From positions 80,559 through 136,473 of the forward strand of contig JABGRV010000006.1 of NCBI GenBank assembly GCA_018648095.1: a stretch of 55,915 bases of DNA, read 5' to 3'. Both the position numbers and the translations under genes were made by a program. The notes beneath the pieces were generated by a model that saw only the letters and a list, made by a program, of their open reading frames with translations, was not told the origin of the DNA and made no database searches. Of this stretch, positions 19,125 through 28,218 are shown piece after piece. The first letter of the stretch is position 1. Each line of letters starts with the position of its first letter. The stretch is from an archaeon (GTDB lineage: Archaea; Nanobdellota; Nanobdellia; Pacearchaeales; GW2011-AR1).

Positions 19125-19595
19125 ATGAGGGATAGAAAAGAGTTTGATTATTATATATTTATCGACTTCTCTGAGAACCTTATTGGGTATAACATAATTG
19201 GAAAAGAGAAGGTTAAGGAATTACTTCCTAAGATTATTAAGTTGAAACATTACAGAAGTCTAAAGCATAAGAGGGAATACTTAAGGGCCATGAAGAAGTT
19301 ATTTACTAGAGAAAAAATTGATTCGTTCATATTGAAATCTAAAATAATTTCTATTAGGGATAATGTGGCAATTTTCACTGAAGTTTTGGAATTTGTCAAG
19401 AAAAATAAACATTGCATTATCTTCGTTTCTATTGATGATTTTCAGTTCAAACATTTTAAGAGACTTTTGAATGTTGTGGATGGGGGGAATACAGAGATAA
19501 TTCAAGAGAGCAAATTAAAAAATGGTACCCCCGAATATCAAATGAGTTTGATAATTGATACAATGCTTAATATTGAAAGACGAAAAGAGTATTAG
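19125..19595 (+). CDS. hypothetical protein (156 aa)
   Basis: ORF track. It lies within the repeat-bracketed segment. Confidence 0.4.
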   Translation: MRDRKEFDYYIFIDFSENLIGYNIIGKEKVKELLPKIIKLKHYRSLKHKREYLRAMKKLFTREKIDSFILKSKIISIRDNVAIFTEVLEFVKKNKHCIIFVSIDDFQFKHFKRLLNVVDGGNTEIIQESKLKNGTPEYQMSLIIDTMLNIERRKEY

Positions 19596-19744
19596 GGAGA
19601 ACAACGAATAATAGACTCGGGGACTCGTCAATCCTACTGGCGGCACAAAGACCGTCTTCGTCAGAGTCCTTTCATCTATATGTTTTAATTAGACGAATAG
19701 AATATAAAAATGTTTCGATTTTAGAGGAATTCACTAGGGGCAGA

Positions 19745-19772
19745 GATTGGCAAGAGGGCAGGATAAGATAAG
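19745..19772. repeat. 28-bp direct repeat, copy 2 (orphan duplicate of the GTPase 3' end)
   Basis: GATTGGCAAGAGGGCAGGATAAGATAAG. In frame it still encodes DWQEGRIR* but there is no gene upstream of it. Confidence 0.75.
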
Positions 19773-19803
19773 ATTTTATAAACCGCAATGAGTAACTAAT
19801 CAT

Positions 19804-20553
19804 ATGATTCCAAAGGTTAGAGTTGTTTTAGGTGAAGTAAAGGACTACCTTGGGATTCTTGAGTATTTTGTTCTATCTGATAATATGTTTAGGAAAGGGT
19901 GTTTATCCCAATATCCAAAATTTAAAGAAATTTTAAAGAAATCAAAAAATGAAAAGGAAGATTTGAGATTGTTTTTTGAAAGTTTTAATAAGAAAAATAA
20001 GAAAAAATTGCAGAAATTAGTTGAAAAGACAAAAAAAGCATGGGCCCCATTAAATAATAAAATAATGAAGGCATTCGAAGACTTACACCAAATTAAATGG
20101 ACAAAAAAACATTCAAATTTTACTGCGAGAATTACATTGTGTCCTGTTTGCCCGAGATATTTAGAATACAATGCTTTTGATGTTTATTATAGATTTAATG
20201 AAAAAAGAATCATTGATACATTTTTACATGAGCTTTCTCATTTTATCTTCTTTGAAAAATTAAAGAAAGTTTATCCCAAAATCAATTCTAAGGAATTTGA
20301 ACATCCGCATCTTATCTGGAAGATGAGTGAAGTTATGCCTGGGATAATTTTACAAGATAAAAAAATTCAAGAGATCTATAAGAATAAGGAAATTTCTGTT
20401 TATGATAACATTAAAAAAATAAAAATTGAGGGAAAATTACTTTTGGAGATCTTCCAAAAATTTTATGATGAACGAAATGATTTTGAGAGTTTCATAAAGA
20501 AATCCTATGGATTCATAAAGAAACATAAGAAAGAATTCGAGAGGCAGTTTTAA
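19804..20553 (+). CDS. hypothetical protein with an HExxH-like motif (FLHELSHFIFFE)
   Basis: ORF track (249 aa). A single HELSH motif suggests a possible zinc hydrolase, but this is weak. Confidence 0.4.
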   Translation: MIPKVRVVLGEVKDYLGILEYFVLSDNMFRKGCLSQYPKFKEILKKSKNEKEDLRLFFESFNKKNKKKLQKLVEKTKKAWAPLNNKIMKAFEDLHQIKWTKKHSNFTARITLCPVCPRYLEYNAFDVYYRFNEKRIIDTFLHELSHFIFFEKLKKVYPKINSKEFEHPHLIWKMSEVMPGIILQDKKIQEIYKNKEISVYDNIKKIKIEGKLLLEIFQKFYDERNDFESFIKKSYGFIKKHKKEFERQF

Positions 20554-20584
20554 GGTAAGACTTTATAGTATTTTGATAAGTATA

Positions 20585-20746
20585 ATTATTTTAACTAGGC
20601 AAAGCAGGAGGACTAGGTATCGAGCTTCCACCAATACCACTAGCTCCACCGCCCGCAAATAAGAAATATGCTCCGATGCCAAGTGCAATCAAAATCAAGA
20701 TTATCAAAATCCACATTCCAACTCCGCCCCTTTTTTGTTTTTTCAT
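20585..20746 (-). CDS. unannotated 53-aa single-TM peptide (MKKQKRGGVGMWILIILILIALGIGAYFLFAGGG...)
   Basis: Translated manually. Its TM segment is paralogous to the N-terminal TM of the adjacent 20749..21201 gene (WIWILIVVILIAIGVGSYFLFA). Confidence 0.35.
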
Positions 20747-20748
20747 TT

Positions 20749-21201
20749 TTACACTAATTCCTCAACAATATCACAAGCCCCAGCATCACACCCATTTGGG
20801 CAATATTTTGATTTAAATTGGTAAGAGCCAGGAGAATCACAAACTAATTCGCGTACTATGCATCTGTCTTCATTGCTATTCGGAGCATCATTATTGGTGT
20901 TGGGAGGGCAATCTTCGACATCTGTGTATTCCCACTGTCCAAGATTCTCATTATAGGTACTTAATTGGCAGGAATCTTCTCCCGGCGTTTGACTGGCATT
21001 AGACGGAAGATCAATTGACCCTTTAATTTGATAATTTTCTCCGCCATCACTATCTGTGCAGACATCCGGATTTTTATCGTCCGCAAACAAGAAATATGAT
21101 CCAACTCCTATGGCAATCAGGATTACAACAATTAGAATCCAAATCCAAGTTTTACTCTTTTTCTCTATTGTTTCCGAAGTAGGTTGTGTATATTCTTCCA
21201 T
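20749..21201 (-). CDS. N-terminally TM-anchored Cys-rich extracellular protein (150 aa)
   Basis: TM helix followed by a 10-Cys domain (CTDSDGG...CQLSTY...CPPNTNND...CIVRELVCDSPGSY...CPNGCDAGAC). Its start is 7 nt after the stop of the protease gene. Confidence 0.5.
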   Translation of the reverse strand: MEEYTQPTSETIEKKSKTWIWILIVVILIAIGVGSYFLFADDKNPDVCTDSDGGENYQIKGSIDLPSNASQTPGEDSCQLSTYNENLGQWEYTDVEDCPPNTNNDAPNSNEDRCIVRELVCDSPGSYQFKSKYCPNGCDAGACDIVEELV

Positions 21202-21207
21202 TTTTAT

Positions 21208-22935
21208 TTATTCGCTTAAAGAATTTATTTTATTTAAAATTGCTTCTTTGCTTATAGTATTAAATTCGAAAGGATCTTCGCTAGGATATTTCATTATACT
21301 TCTTTCAGAAGACCTAAAAGCTATTACGCTTTTTGCATTAAAATAACACCCTGTTCCCTCTTGACAATCTTTACCAAGATTACAATTAGTGAGTATATTA
21401 TTATAATTACATTCTTCGCTGTATTCTTCAGTTAGATTGTTTGTAGCATTATATAAACAAGTTCTAAACTCAAGGTACTCGTCATAACAATCAGCCTCTT
21501 CATTTAACTCTCCAGAACACCACTTAGGACAACCTTCCGAATCTATATTTGGTCGTTCGGTATAATCGGCTGCTTGTAAGTCATTTTCATATTCATCTCC
21601 CAAGTTTACAAAGGCATGACCAAATTCATGCACCATGGCCCGAGTGCTCAATTCACCCATACGATATCGAGCAACCATTGCTAAAGAATTTCCCCCAATT
21701 CCTCCCTCAAAATTAGGATAATTGGCATTATCCAAGATTACCATTGTTAAATCGATATCCTCGCATATCTCTTCAGCCATTTCGACTATTGCTGGCCCAT
21801 TATAACCGTGAAATTCAAAATCATAGAATTCATTATCAAGTTTATCAATTCTCCAAACATTAAACTTCTCCTTATTGGATTTCATTGGTTCAACAGAAAA
21901 CAATCCTTCTTGAATTCCTTCAAAATCTAGCATTGAGTCCACGTCCTGAGTCCAAGAATTAATATCCGTATATCTATCTGAAATAAATACTATATCTACC
22001 TTGGAATCACTAGGCCCATTATTCAGAACATTTTCGCAAGTAAAATTTTGCAAGGGATCTATCCCTGCTTCAAATCCCATTGTGCACGCGTCCCCCACCT
22101 TCATCAAAACAGGCTTGAAATAATCTTCAATTTCTATTTTGATATTCATTATGTTTTCTAAAAATGAGGCGGCGTCTTCATCGCCAATTGCATAAACTTG
22201 TGCGGTAGAATCCCAGAAGTTAACTCTTTCTATTATGCAATCTCCTTTTATTTCATTCAGAGTAAAACCCGGAAATAATTGGGGAACTACTTGCCATCCT
22301 TTTTCCAATTTCAACGGACAATACTCTGAAGTGCAAGGAATATTCCCTTCTTTTAGTGCTTGAGAGGTTTCTTCAAGATTTTGCTCGTCAATCCAACGAG
22401 AATAAAATAAAAAATCGCAATCCTCTGGAGAATACACCCAATTAATCGGAAGAGTCATCTGTTTGTTTGGCTCTGAAATACCCCAAATAGAACTTTGATA
22501 ATCGGATAGGGGGGGTGAATCCCATTCTGCAGTTTCTCCCCCAATATAATAACTATCATGATTTTCAGGTAAAATAGACATGTCTGGCTCATGCATGTAA
22601 ACATATTCTAAAATGGTCGCCTGGAGATTCCCCCTTTGGTCATCTTGCTTCCAACAACTTGCTTTTCCAGTCACTTCATCCCTTCCGTTAAGAATAGAAT
22701 AGGGTACGAAATTCCACCCCGCTTTAATATGATAAGTCACCTCATATAATTCTGGTCCAGATAAGGAATATTGTTGCGATATTTCTTCATAATTGGGGTG
22801 AGCAGAAGTAACTTTTTGAACTTCTGTTGGTCCAGGAAAATTATCAAGTCCAGATGCAGAAACAAAAACGGTCAAACAAACTAAAGCTAGTAAGACAATT
22901 GGTGCAATCCTCCTTTTTTTCATGATAATAAGCAA
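21208..22935 (-). CDS. secreted zinc metallopeptidase (HEFGH...DEY, M64/IgA-peptidase-like zincin)
   Basis: Signal peptide MKKRRIAPIVLLALVCLTVFVSASG. Zincin motif AMVHEFGHAFVNLGDEYE. The mature region has many Cys. Confidence 0.6.
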   Translation of the reverse strand: MLIIMKKRRIAPIVLLALVCLTVFVSASGLDNFPGPTEVQKVTSAHPNYEEISQQYSLSGPELYEVTYHIKAGWNFVPYSILNGRDEVTGKASCWKQDDQRGNLQATILEYVYMHEPDMSILPENHDSYYIGGETAEWDSPPLSDYQSSIWGISEPNKQMTLPINWVYSPEDCDFLFYSRWIDEQNLEETSQALKEGNIPCTSEYCPLKLEKGWQVVPQLFPGFTLNEIKGDCIIERVNFWDSTAQVYAIGDEDAASFLENIMNIKIEIEDYFKPVLMKVGDACTMGFEAGIDPLQNFTCENVLNNGPSDSKVDIVFISDRYTDINSWTQDVDSMLDFEGIQEGLFSVEPMKSNKEKFNVWRIDKLDNEFYDFEFHGYNGPAIVEMAEEICEDIDLTMVILDNANYPNFEGGIGGNSLAMVARYRMGELSTRAMVHEFGHAFVNLGDEYENDLQAADYTERPNIDSEGCPKWCSGELNEEADCYDEYLEFRTCLYNATNNLTEEYSEECNYNNILTNCNLGKDCQEGTGCYFNAKSVIAFRSSERSIMKYPSEDPFEFNTISKEAILNKINSLSE

Positions 22936-23029
22936 AGCTTAAACTTCTTTAAAAACATTTCTGAAAATCTTCCAAAAGTTTTATGATGAATAAAAAGAAT
23001 TCGAAGAACAGTTTTAGATAATAATAAAA

Positions 23030-23671
23030 TTAGTCAGAATTTTTAGCTCGATAACTGGAAATTAATTTATCAGCCTCAGTCCGCCATTTGTTAATAATCT
23101 TCTTTCCAGCCGCAGTAGGTTTACCAAGGTTCATAAATTCATCATAATTATCATTAATAAATTTTTCAAATGAACTAAGTTTTTCTTTGTCAGGATTCCA
23201 TTGTAAGTGGTTTAAAGTAAAGCTAGGGTGGTAAAAGGATGCTCTATCCGCTTCCCTGATAACTTGAAGTTCAGGATGTTTTAATAAATAAGCTTCTCCC
23301 TGCTCGTCAAGGGGCCCACTATGATAAACTATGCAGGCAGATATCTTTTCCTCCAGATCTTCATCATTTATGTGTTCTCTAAATTCTTTATTAAAAATAT
23401 CTAAACCACGTCTTTTGTGCTCATCCCGATTATAATTATCCCCTCCTAAGTTTTCCTTATTATCTACGACATAATGTCCTAAGTCATGAATCCACACTGC
23501 AGCATTATATGCATCAATGTTAAAGTCATGACCACTTTTTTTCATTTCCTCTCCGAATTTAAGCATATTCTCATAATGCAAACCATCCTTGTATTGATCC
23601 GGAGTAAACTTACTTCCATAAGATTCAAGTAATTTTTTAGCTCTTTTTGTTAGTGGACCTTCTTTTCCCAT
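23030..23671 (-). CDS. HD-domain phosphohydrolase
   Basis: H...HD signature: ...HYENML...AAVWIHDLGHYVVD. Confidence 0.55.
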   Translation of the reverse strand: MGKEGPLTKRAKKLLESYGSKFTPDQYKDGLHYENMLKFGEEMKKSGHDFNIDAYNAAVWIHDLGHYVVDNKENLGGDNYNRDEHKRRGLDIFNKEFREHINDEDLEEKISACIVYHSGPLDEQGEAYLLKHPELQVIREADRASFYHPSFTLNHLQWNPDKEKLSSFEKFINDNYDEFMNLGKPTAAGKKIINKWRTEADKLISSYRAKNSD

Positions 23672-23756
23672 TTCTTTAATTAATCTTAAATGTTTATAAT
23701 ATTATCTAAAGCAATTCTAAGGTAAGACTTTTATATCCCGAATCTATTAGTTACTT

Positions 23757-24305
23757 ATGGAATTAAAAACTAAAAGATTGATTTTGAGAGAAAAGAAGAA
23801 GTCTGATTTCAAGAGTATTCGGGAAAATATTAATAATATTAATGTATCGAGGTATATGTCTGTGATTCCCCATCCCTATACTGATAAAGATGCTATTTGG
23901 TGGATCGGTCATTCTGCGAAGAAACGAAAAGAAAAGCCGAGGAAGGATTATCAGTTTGGGATTACGATAAAGCCGAGTGATAAGGTTGTAGGGGGTATTG
24001 GGCTCGTTATAACTAATGAGGGGGGTGTAGCGGATATTGGATGTTGGATTGGGGAAGAGTACTGGAGAAAGGGTTATGTTTTTGAAGCTACGGTCCGCGT
24101 TATTAATTATGCTTTTGATGATTTGAAGTTAAAGAAGGTAGTTCTATTTGCGGCTGTTGAGAATGTCGGGTCTAATAAATTGATTAAGAAATTGGGGCTT
24201 AAGTTTGTCAAGAAGAAGAAGAAAGCTTTAGTTGTGGAGTCGACTGGAAAGGTTCATGATACAAATGTTTATGAGATCAGTAGGGATGAGTGGAATATCA
24301 AATGA
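23757..24305 (+). CDS. GNAT family N-acetyltransferase (RimJ/RimL-like)
   Basis: LILREKKKSDFKSIRE...WWIGH...GGIGLV...GYVFEATVRVINYAFDDLKLKKVVLF shows the typical RimL-type GNAT layout. Confidence 0.7.
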   Translation: MELKTKRLILREKKKSDFKSIRENINNINVSRYMSVIPHPYTDKDAIWWIGHSAKKRKEKPRKDYQFGITIKPSDKVVGGIGLVITNEGGVADIGCWIGEEYWRKGYVFEATVRVINYAFDDLKLKKVVLFAAVENVGSNKLIKKLGLKFVKKKKKALVVESTGKVHDTNVYEISRDEWNIK

Positions 24306-25066
24306 AAAACGAATTTTGGAAAGATTGGAAACGGATAACTAAACTCGAAGAAGCTGCGATTAAATCTTTGAAAACTGCTAGGAAAATAATTTTAGATAAT
24401 CTTCCAAAGGAACAAATTGTTGCAATTTATGCAAAGGGAAGTTTTGTTAGGAGGGAGATGAATAAAAAAAGTGATGTGGATACTATAACTATATTAAAAG
24501 AAAGTAGATATTTGAAAAAGTTACAGAAATTAGAAAAAAAATATCGTAATGAATATTCTCCCAAGATACAATTTTCTGGGTATTCTCTTTGGGAATTAAG
24601 AAATAATAAGAGAGTGAAAACGGTTAAGAAATTAAGAGCAAGGCCGAGTAGAGCAGTTAAACACCTGGAACATTACGTATTGATTTATGGTGCCTTGTTA
24701 AAAAAAGAAAATTTTAATCAGGGCCCGCCAAAAGGTCATTTAAGAGGAATGCTTTTTGCATTTAAGAATATTTTTATTCCAGGATATAAGAAAGGAAAAT
24801 TAAGGTTTTCTGAGTTAGCAAAACAGGTCTTTTGGTTAGCTGAAAATGAACAGGTTTTTAGGGGAAAGAATCCGCCACATCATTGGAGAAAGTTATCAAA
24901 ATCGATTAAGGACAAGGATCATATAATTCATGACGCATTAAGAGTTAGGATGAAACCAACTAAGGATAAAAAAGATCGTGCAGAATTTATAAAGAAGTTA
25001 GGAATTTATTTGAAAAAGTTGGAGAAATTAGTTCTGAATTTAACTGAAGAAAAGTTAGCTAAGTAA
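24302..25066 (+). CDS. nucleotidyltransferase-domain protein
   Basis: IVAIYAKGSFVRREMNKKSDVDTITIL (GS...SDVD). The ATG overlaps the GNAT stop as ATGA. The track start at 24290 appears to be a non-ATG start. Confidence 0.55.
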   Translation: MKNEFWKDWKRITKLEEAAIKSLKTARKIILDNLPKEQIVAIYAKGSFVRREMNKKSDVDTITILKESRYLKKLQKLEKKYRNEYSPKIQFSGYSLWELRNNKRVKTVKKLRARPSRAVKHLEHYVLIYGALLKKENFNQGPPKGHLRGMLFAFKNIFIPGYKKGKLRFSELAKQVFWLAENEQVFRGKNPPHHWRKLSKSIKDKDHIIHDALRVRMKPTKDKKDRAEFIKKLGIYLKKLEKLVLNLTEEKLAK

Positions 25067-25084
25067 GAGAAAAATAAAATCTAA

Positions 25085-25696
25085 CTATAACGCGCTCTTC
25101 CACAACTTATCAAGATTTTCCTTCGTCCAAAGTTCATCCGCCATTTTAAAGAAATAATCGATTGCGTCTTCATGAGCCCGGCCCTTATATTTTGCCTTCT
25201 TTTTCCACTTCTTTTTTAAGATTTGTTTTTCCACAACTTCTTTTTTATCAGTTATCTCGAATGGATCTATTAAAACAATCTCATCATCAATCAAACCAAA
25301 ATTTGAATGAAATTTGAACGTTGTTTCATGTATCCCATACTTCCAAAGTTCAAGGTTAAATTCTACTACTTTTCTTATAATCTCTTTCTGATCTACTGCC
25401 CCGCCACTCAAGATCTCCTTTAGTGTTACCGCCCTCTTTTGTTTTATCGTCCCATCACCAAGAAATTCCAAATCTCCAAGAAGTTGGTTAGGAATAATTG
25501 ATTTTTTAAGAATCTCAGTTGATTCCTTTAAGTAATTCAAAACTATCTTAGTTCTTTCTTCAAGCTCTTCTTCCTTTCCAATATGCTTAAGGTATCTCAT
25601 GGCCATTTTCCTCGTTTCTTCCTCAGTCTTAGGGATTTTAATCACATGATCATCAAAGATTTCAACATTAAATTGCCAGCCTTCTGCTTTTTCCAT
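25085..25696 (-). CDS. hypothetical protein (203 aa)
   Basis: ORF track. Confidence 0.4.
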   Translation of the reverse strand: MEKAEGWQFNVEIFDDHVIKIPKTEEETRKMAMRYLKHIGKEEELEERTKIVLNYLKESTEILKKSIIPNQLLGDLEFLGDGTIKQKRAVTLKEILSGGAVDQKEIIRKVVEFNLELWKYGIHETTFKFHSNFGLIDDEIVLIDPFEITDKKEVVEKQILKKKWKKKAKYKGRAHEDAIDYFFKMADELWTKENLDKLWKSAL

Positions 25697-25747
25697 TTTA
25701 TATTTGAAAAATGAGGTGTGAATATTTAAGTGTTTTGAGCGAAGCGA

Positions 25748-26626
25748 TTAGGAATTATGGACATAAACTGGGTTACTTAACTCCTTAACAAACTTCTTCC
25801 GAACAATTTCATTCTCCTCAATTCTACAATTTCCCCAAGTACCCGGACTTCCCCACGTTTTATCCTTAATCCAGTCCCAATTAATATAACAAAAGGCCTT
25901 GATATGCTTATGATCATGAATCCACTTAAAATATGGCTCAAACCAATCTTTCCAACTCTTTTCACCATCTATAACGCCGACCCCAGCCGCAGTAGATTCT
26001 CCAACCATAACCGGTTTCTTGTGCTTCTTTGCTAACTTCAGAAAATCTTCTACTGGTTTGTATTTCCCAGTTATATGCCTTGCAAAAAAGACATCGATCC
26101 CAAACCAATCAACATAATCATCCCCTGGATAAAATTGTTCAACTGGATCTGTTCCGTTAAATGGACAAGCACACCAAACTGTTGCAATATTTTCAATTTT
26201 GGCTTTTCTAATTTTTTCTACAACATATTTCCATGCTTTTACAAAACTTTTAGGATTGTATTTTCCCTTTTTGTCAAACTCATAACCAATTCTAAGGAAT
26301 GTTGGATTTTTTAGTTCTTTAACAGTATTTAGGAAATCATCAATTTCTTTATCATATTTTCCTTCTAAAATCTCTGGAGTTATATCTCCGTCCCCCTCTG
26401 CTAATAATTTGAAACCAATTTGTAACATAATATTTGGGTAATCTTTCAATTCAATCTTTATCTTGTTTATCCAATGCTCAATCTTTTGAATTTTAGCATA
26501 AGTCATGTAAATCGCAGGTTTGTAATCCTCAACTGCCTTCCAATATTTAGAAAAAGCCTCCGGACTCTGCCCCGCCCCATGAATAACTCGATTCCCCTTA
26601 GGCTCATACTTCTGATTGTAATTCAT
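25748..26626 (-). CDS. glycoside hydrolase, GH26/mannanase-like fold
   Basis: FLRIGYEFDKKG...YPGDDYVDWFGIDVF...VMVGESTAAG matches the GH26-type pattern (catalytic E in the FLR.G.E segment, YPGDDYVD, then a second E in GE). This is moderate support only. Confidence 0.5.
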   Translation of the reverse strand: MNYNQKYEPKGNRVIHGAGQSPEAFSKYWKAVEDYKPAIYMTYAKIQKIEHWINKIKIELKDYPNIMLQIGFKLLAEGDGDITPEILEGKYDKEIDDFLNTVKELKNPTFLRIGYEFDKKGKYNPKSFVKAWKYVVEKIRKAKIENIATVWCACPFNGTDPVEQFYPGDDYVDWFGIDVFFARHITGKYKPVEDFLKLAKKHKKPVMVGESTAAGVGVIDGEKSWKDWFEPYFKWIHDHKHIKAFCYINWDWIKDKTWGSPGTWGNCRIEENEIVRKKFVKELSNPVYVHNS

Positions 26627-26709
26627 TGTTTTAATTAGTAAACCAGCTTATTAAGCTTTGTTTTTGGAGGGGGATTGACAAGACAGAAACGAAAAAATTC
26701 CACTATCCT

Positions 26710-27735
26710 TTAACTTTTTCTTTTTATGCTAAAAACCCCAGCACAAATTCCAATAGCCAAGAGTCCAATCCCCAAAAATGAACTACCCTTAGGAGCAATT
26801 CCCGCAATTGCATTACCCGTAATTGAAGGAGATAAAAAAGTAATCCCTCCAAGAACTCCCACAATGGCAATCACCCCAGTTAATCGGGAAGTTAATCTAC
26901 TTTTAGAATTAGCTTTTCTTGTCATTCTCTTGGTCCTTAGAGAATCTCCCTTTCCATCATAAACTTCTGCAAGTAACTTGTGGTTTCCTTCCTTTTTCAA
27001 CATATCAAACGCTTTCTCTCCGTACACCCTTAGGGCATCCCTTGGCTTATTCGCTTTTAAGTAGAGTTCTGCTGCTTCTTTCTGATGTTTTTTGGGATCG
27101 CCATGAAACTGAGGGCCGAACCTAATCCTTCCAGACCCTGTATCCCTCGTATGTTTTTGTCGTTCTTCAATATTTGCAACAGATTCAAAATTTTCCGCAG
27201 CCCTTTCATGTTTTCCCAATTCTTTCCAAAGTTCTCCAGCAAGAAGATAGTGTCCTAGTTTTTCACTTTTTTTTGCAGCCTTGGTTAATTCTCCAGATTT
27301 CCTTAGTAGTGAAATACCATGTTCAATTTGTTCCTTGCTTTGTGGATCCTTTAGGAAGTATGAAGCTGCCTTTGACGGGTTATTCATTTCACTTTCATAG
27401 ATTCTTCCCAGCTCCTCATTATCTTTAAGGACCTTATAATCTTTAATTGCTTTTTTGAAATCTCCTAGCTCCTCCCTTATTGCCGCTGCCTTCCTTAATA
27501 GTTTAGGCCTCTCCGCAGTTAAAGGCCCGTCATGAAACATACCCACAAGTCCACTTCTTTTCTCAAGCCCTTTTGCGAGTAACTCTTTTACAGATTTTTG
27601 TGTTCCTTTAGCAAGAAGTCCCTTTTTGTCCAATACATTAGTCAAATAATCTATCTGAGATTCAGTCCCCAAACCCTTTAAGTGAGCCTTAACATCTCCT
27701 TTTTTCATAAATCCTCTCTTAGTACTCTTTTTCAT
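26710..27735 (-). CDS. alpha-helical (TPR-like) repeat protein with a C-terminal TM-hairpin anchor
   Basis: Repetitive helical repeats. The C-terminus is GVIAIVGVLGGITFLSPSITGNAIAGIAPKGSSFLGIGLLAIGICAGVFSIKRKS. Confidence 0.5.
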   Translation of the reverse strand: MKKSTKRGFMKKGDVKAHLKGLGTESQIDYLTNVLDKKGLLAKGTQKSVKELLAKGLEKRSGLVGMFHDGPLTAERPKLLRKAAAIREELGDFKKAIKDYKVLKDNEELGRIYESEMNNPSKAASYFLKDPQSKEQIEHGISLLRKSGELTKAAKKSEKLGHYLLAGELWKELGKHERAAENFESVANIEERQKHTRDTGSGRIRFGPQFHGDPKKHQKEAAELYLKANKPRDALRVYGEKAFDMLKKEGNHKLLAEVYDGKGDSLRTKRMTRKANSKSRLTSRLTGVIAIVGVLGGITFLSPSITGNAIAGIAPKGSSFLGIGLLAIGICAGVFSIKRKS

Positions 27736-27878
27736 TATTGTTTTATATAAAACAATATTTATAAATCTTTATTATTCAATGCAATTAAATTTAGAAGCAA
27801 TCTTAGGGTAGATTTTTACGAATCAAGTAGAAAATAAATCCCAGTAATCCTTAAAAAGTAGTCCCCCATTTTAATGCT

Positions 27879-28211
27879 ATGACATTGTTAGAAGATATAT
27901 GGGCGAGAGTTGGGGGGAGGTACTATATTCAAAAATATACCGGCTTTGAACTAGTTTATAGAATCGTTGATTTTTTTGTATATGAACGGAATTCCGAAGA
28001 AGGTAAGGATCCGGGTTTAAGGTTCAAAGTGTCTACCCATGATGGAGAAACTGGTTCCCATATAGACAAACCTGTGCTTCATCCTATGGGACATATAGAT
28101 TCTTTTTCGGAAGTTCCTTTTGATGATTATCTCCCCTGGATGGTCGATCAAGTTCATGAGGAAGCAGTTAATGAAGAGAGACAGAAAACACTAAAAACAT
28201 CCCGCACTTAA
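27879..28211 (+). CDS. hypothetical protein (110 aa)
   Basis: ORF track. Confidence 0.35.
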   Translation: MTLLEDIWARVGGRYYIQKYTGFELVYRIVDFFVYERNSEEGKDPGLRFKVSTHDGETGSHIDKPVLHPMGHIDSFSEVPFDDYLPWMVDQVHEEAVNEERQKTLKTSRT

Positions 28212-28218
28212 TACCTCC

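Noticed and set aside
19600-19744. GC-rich patch between ORF 19125-19595 and the second 28-bp repeat, considered as a tRNA or sRNA
   Set aside because: No cloverleaf could be folded by eye, with no acceptor/T-arm pairing. It may be a remnant of the inserted element, and is left unannotated.
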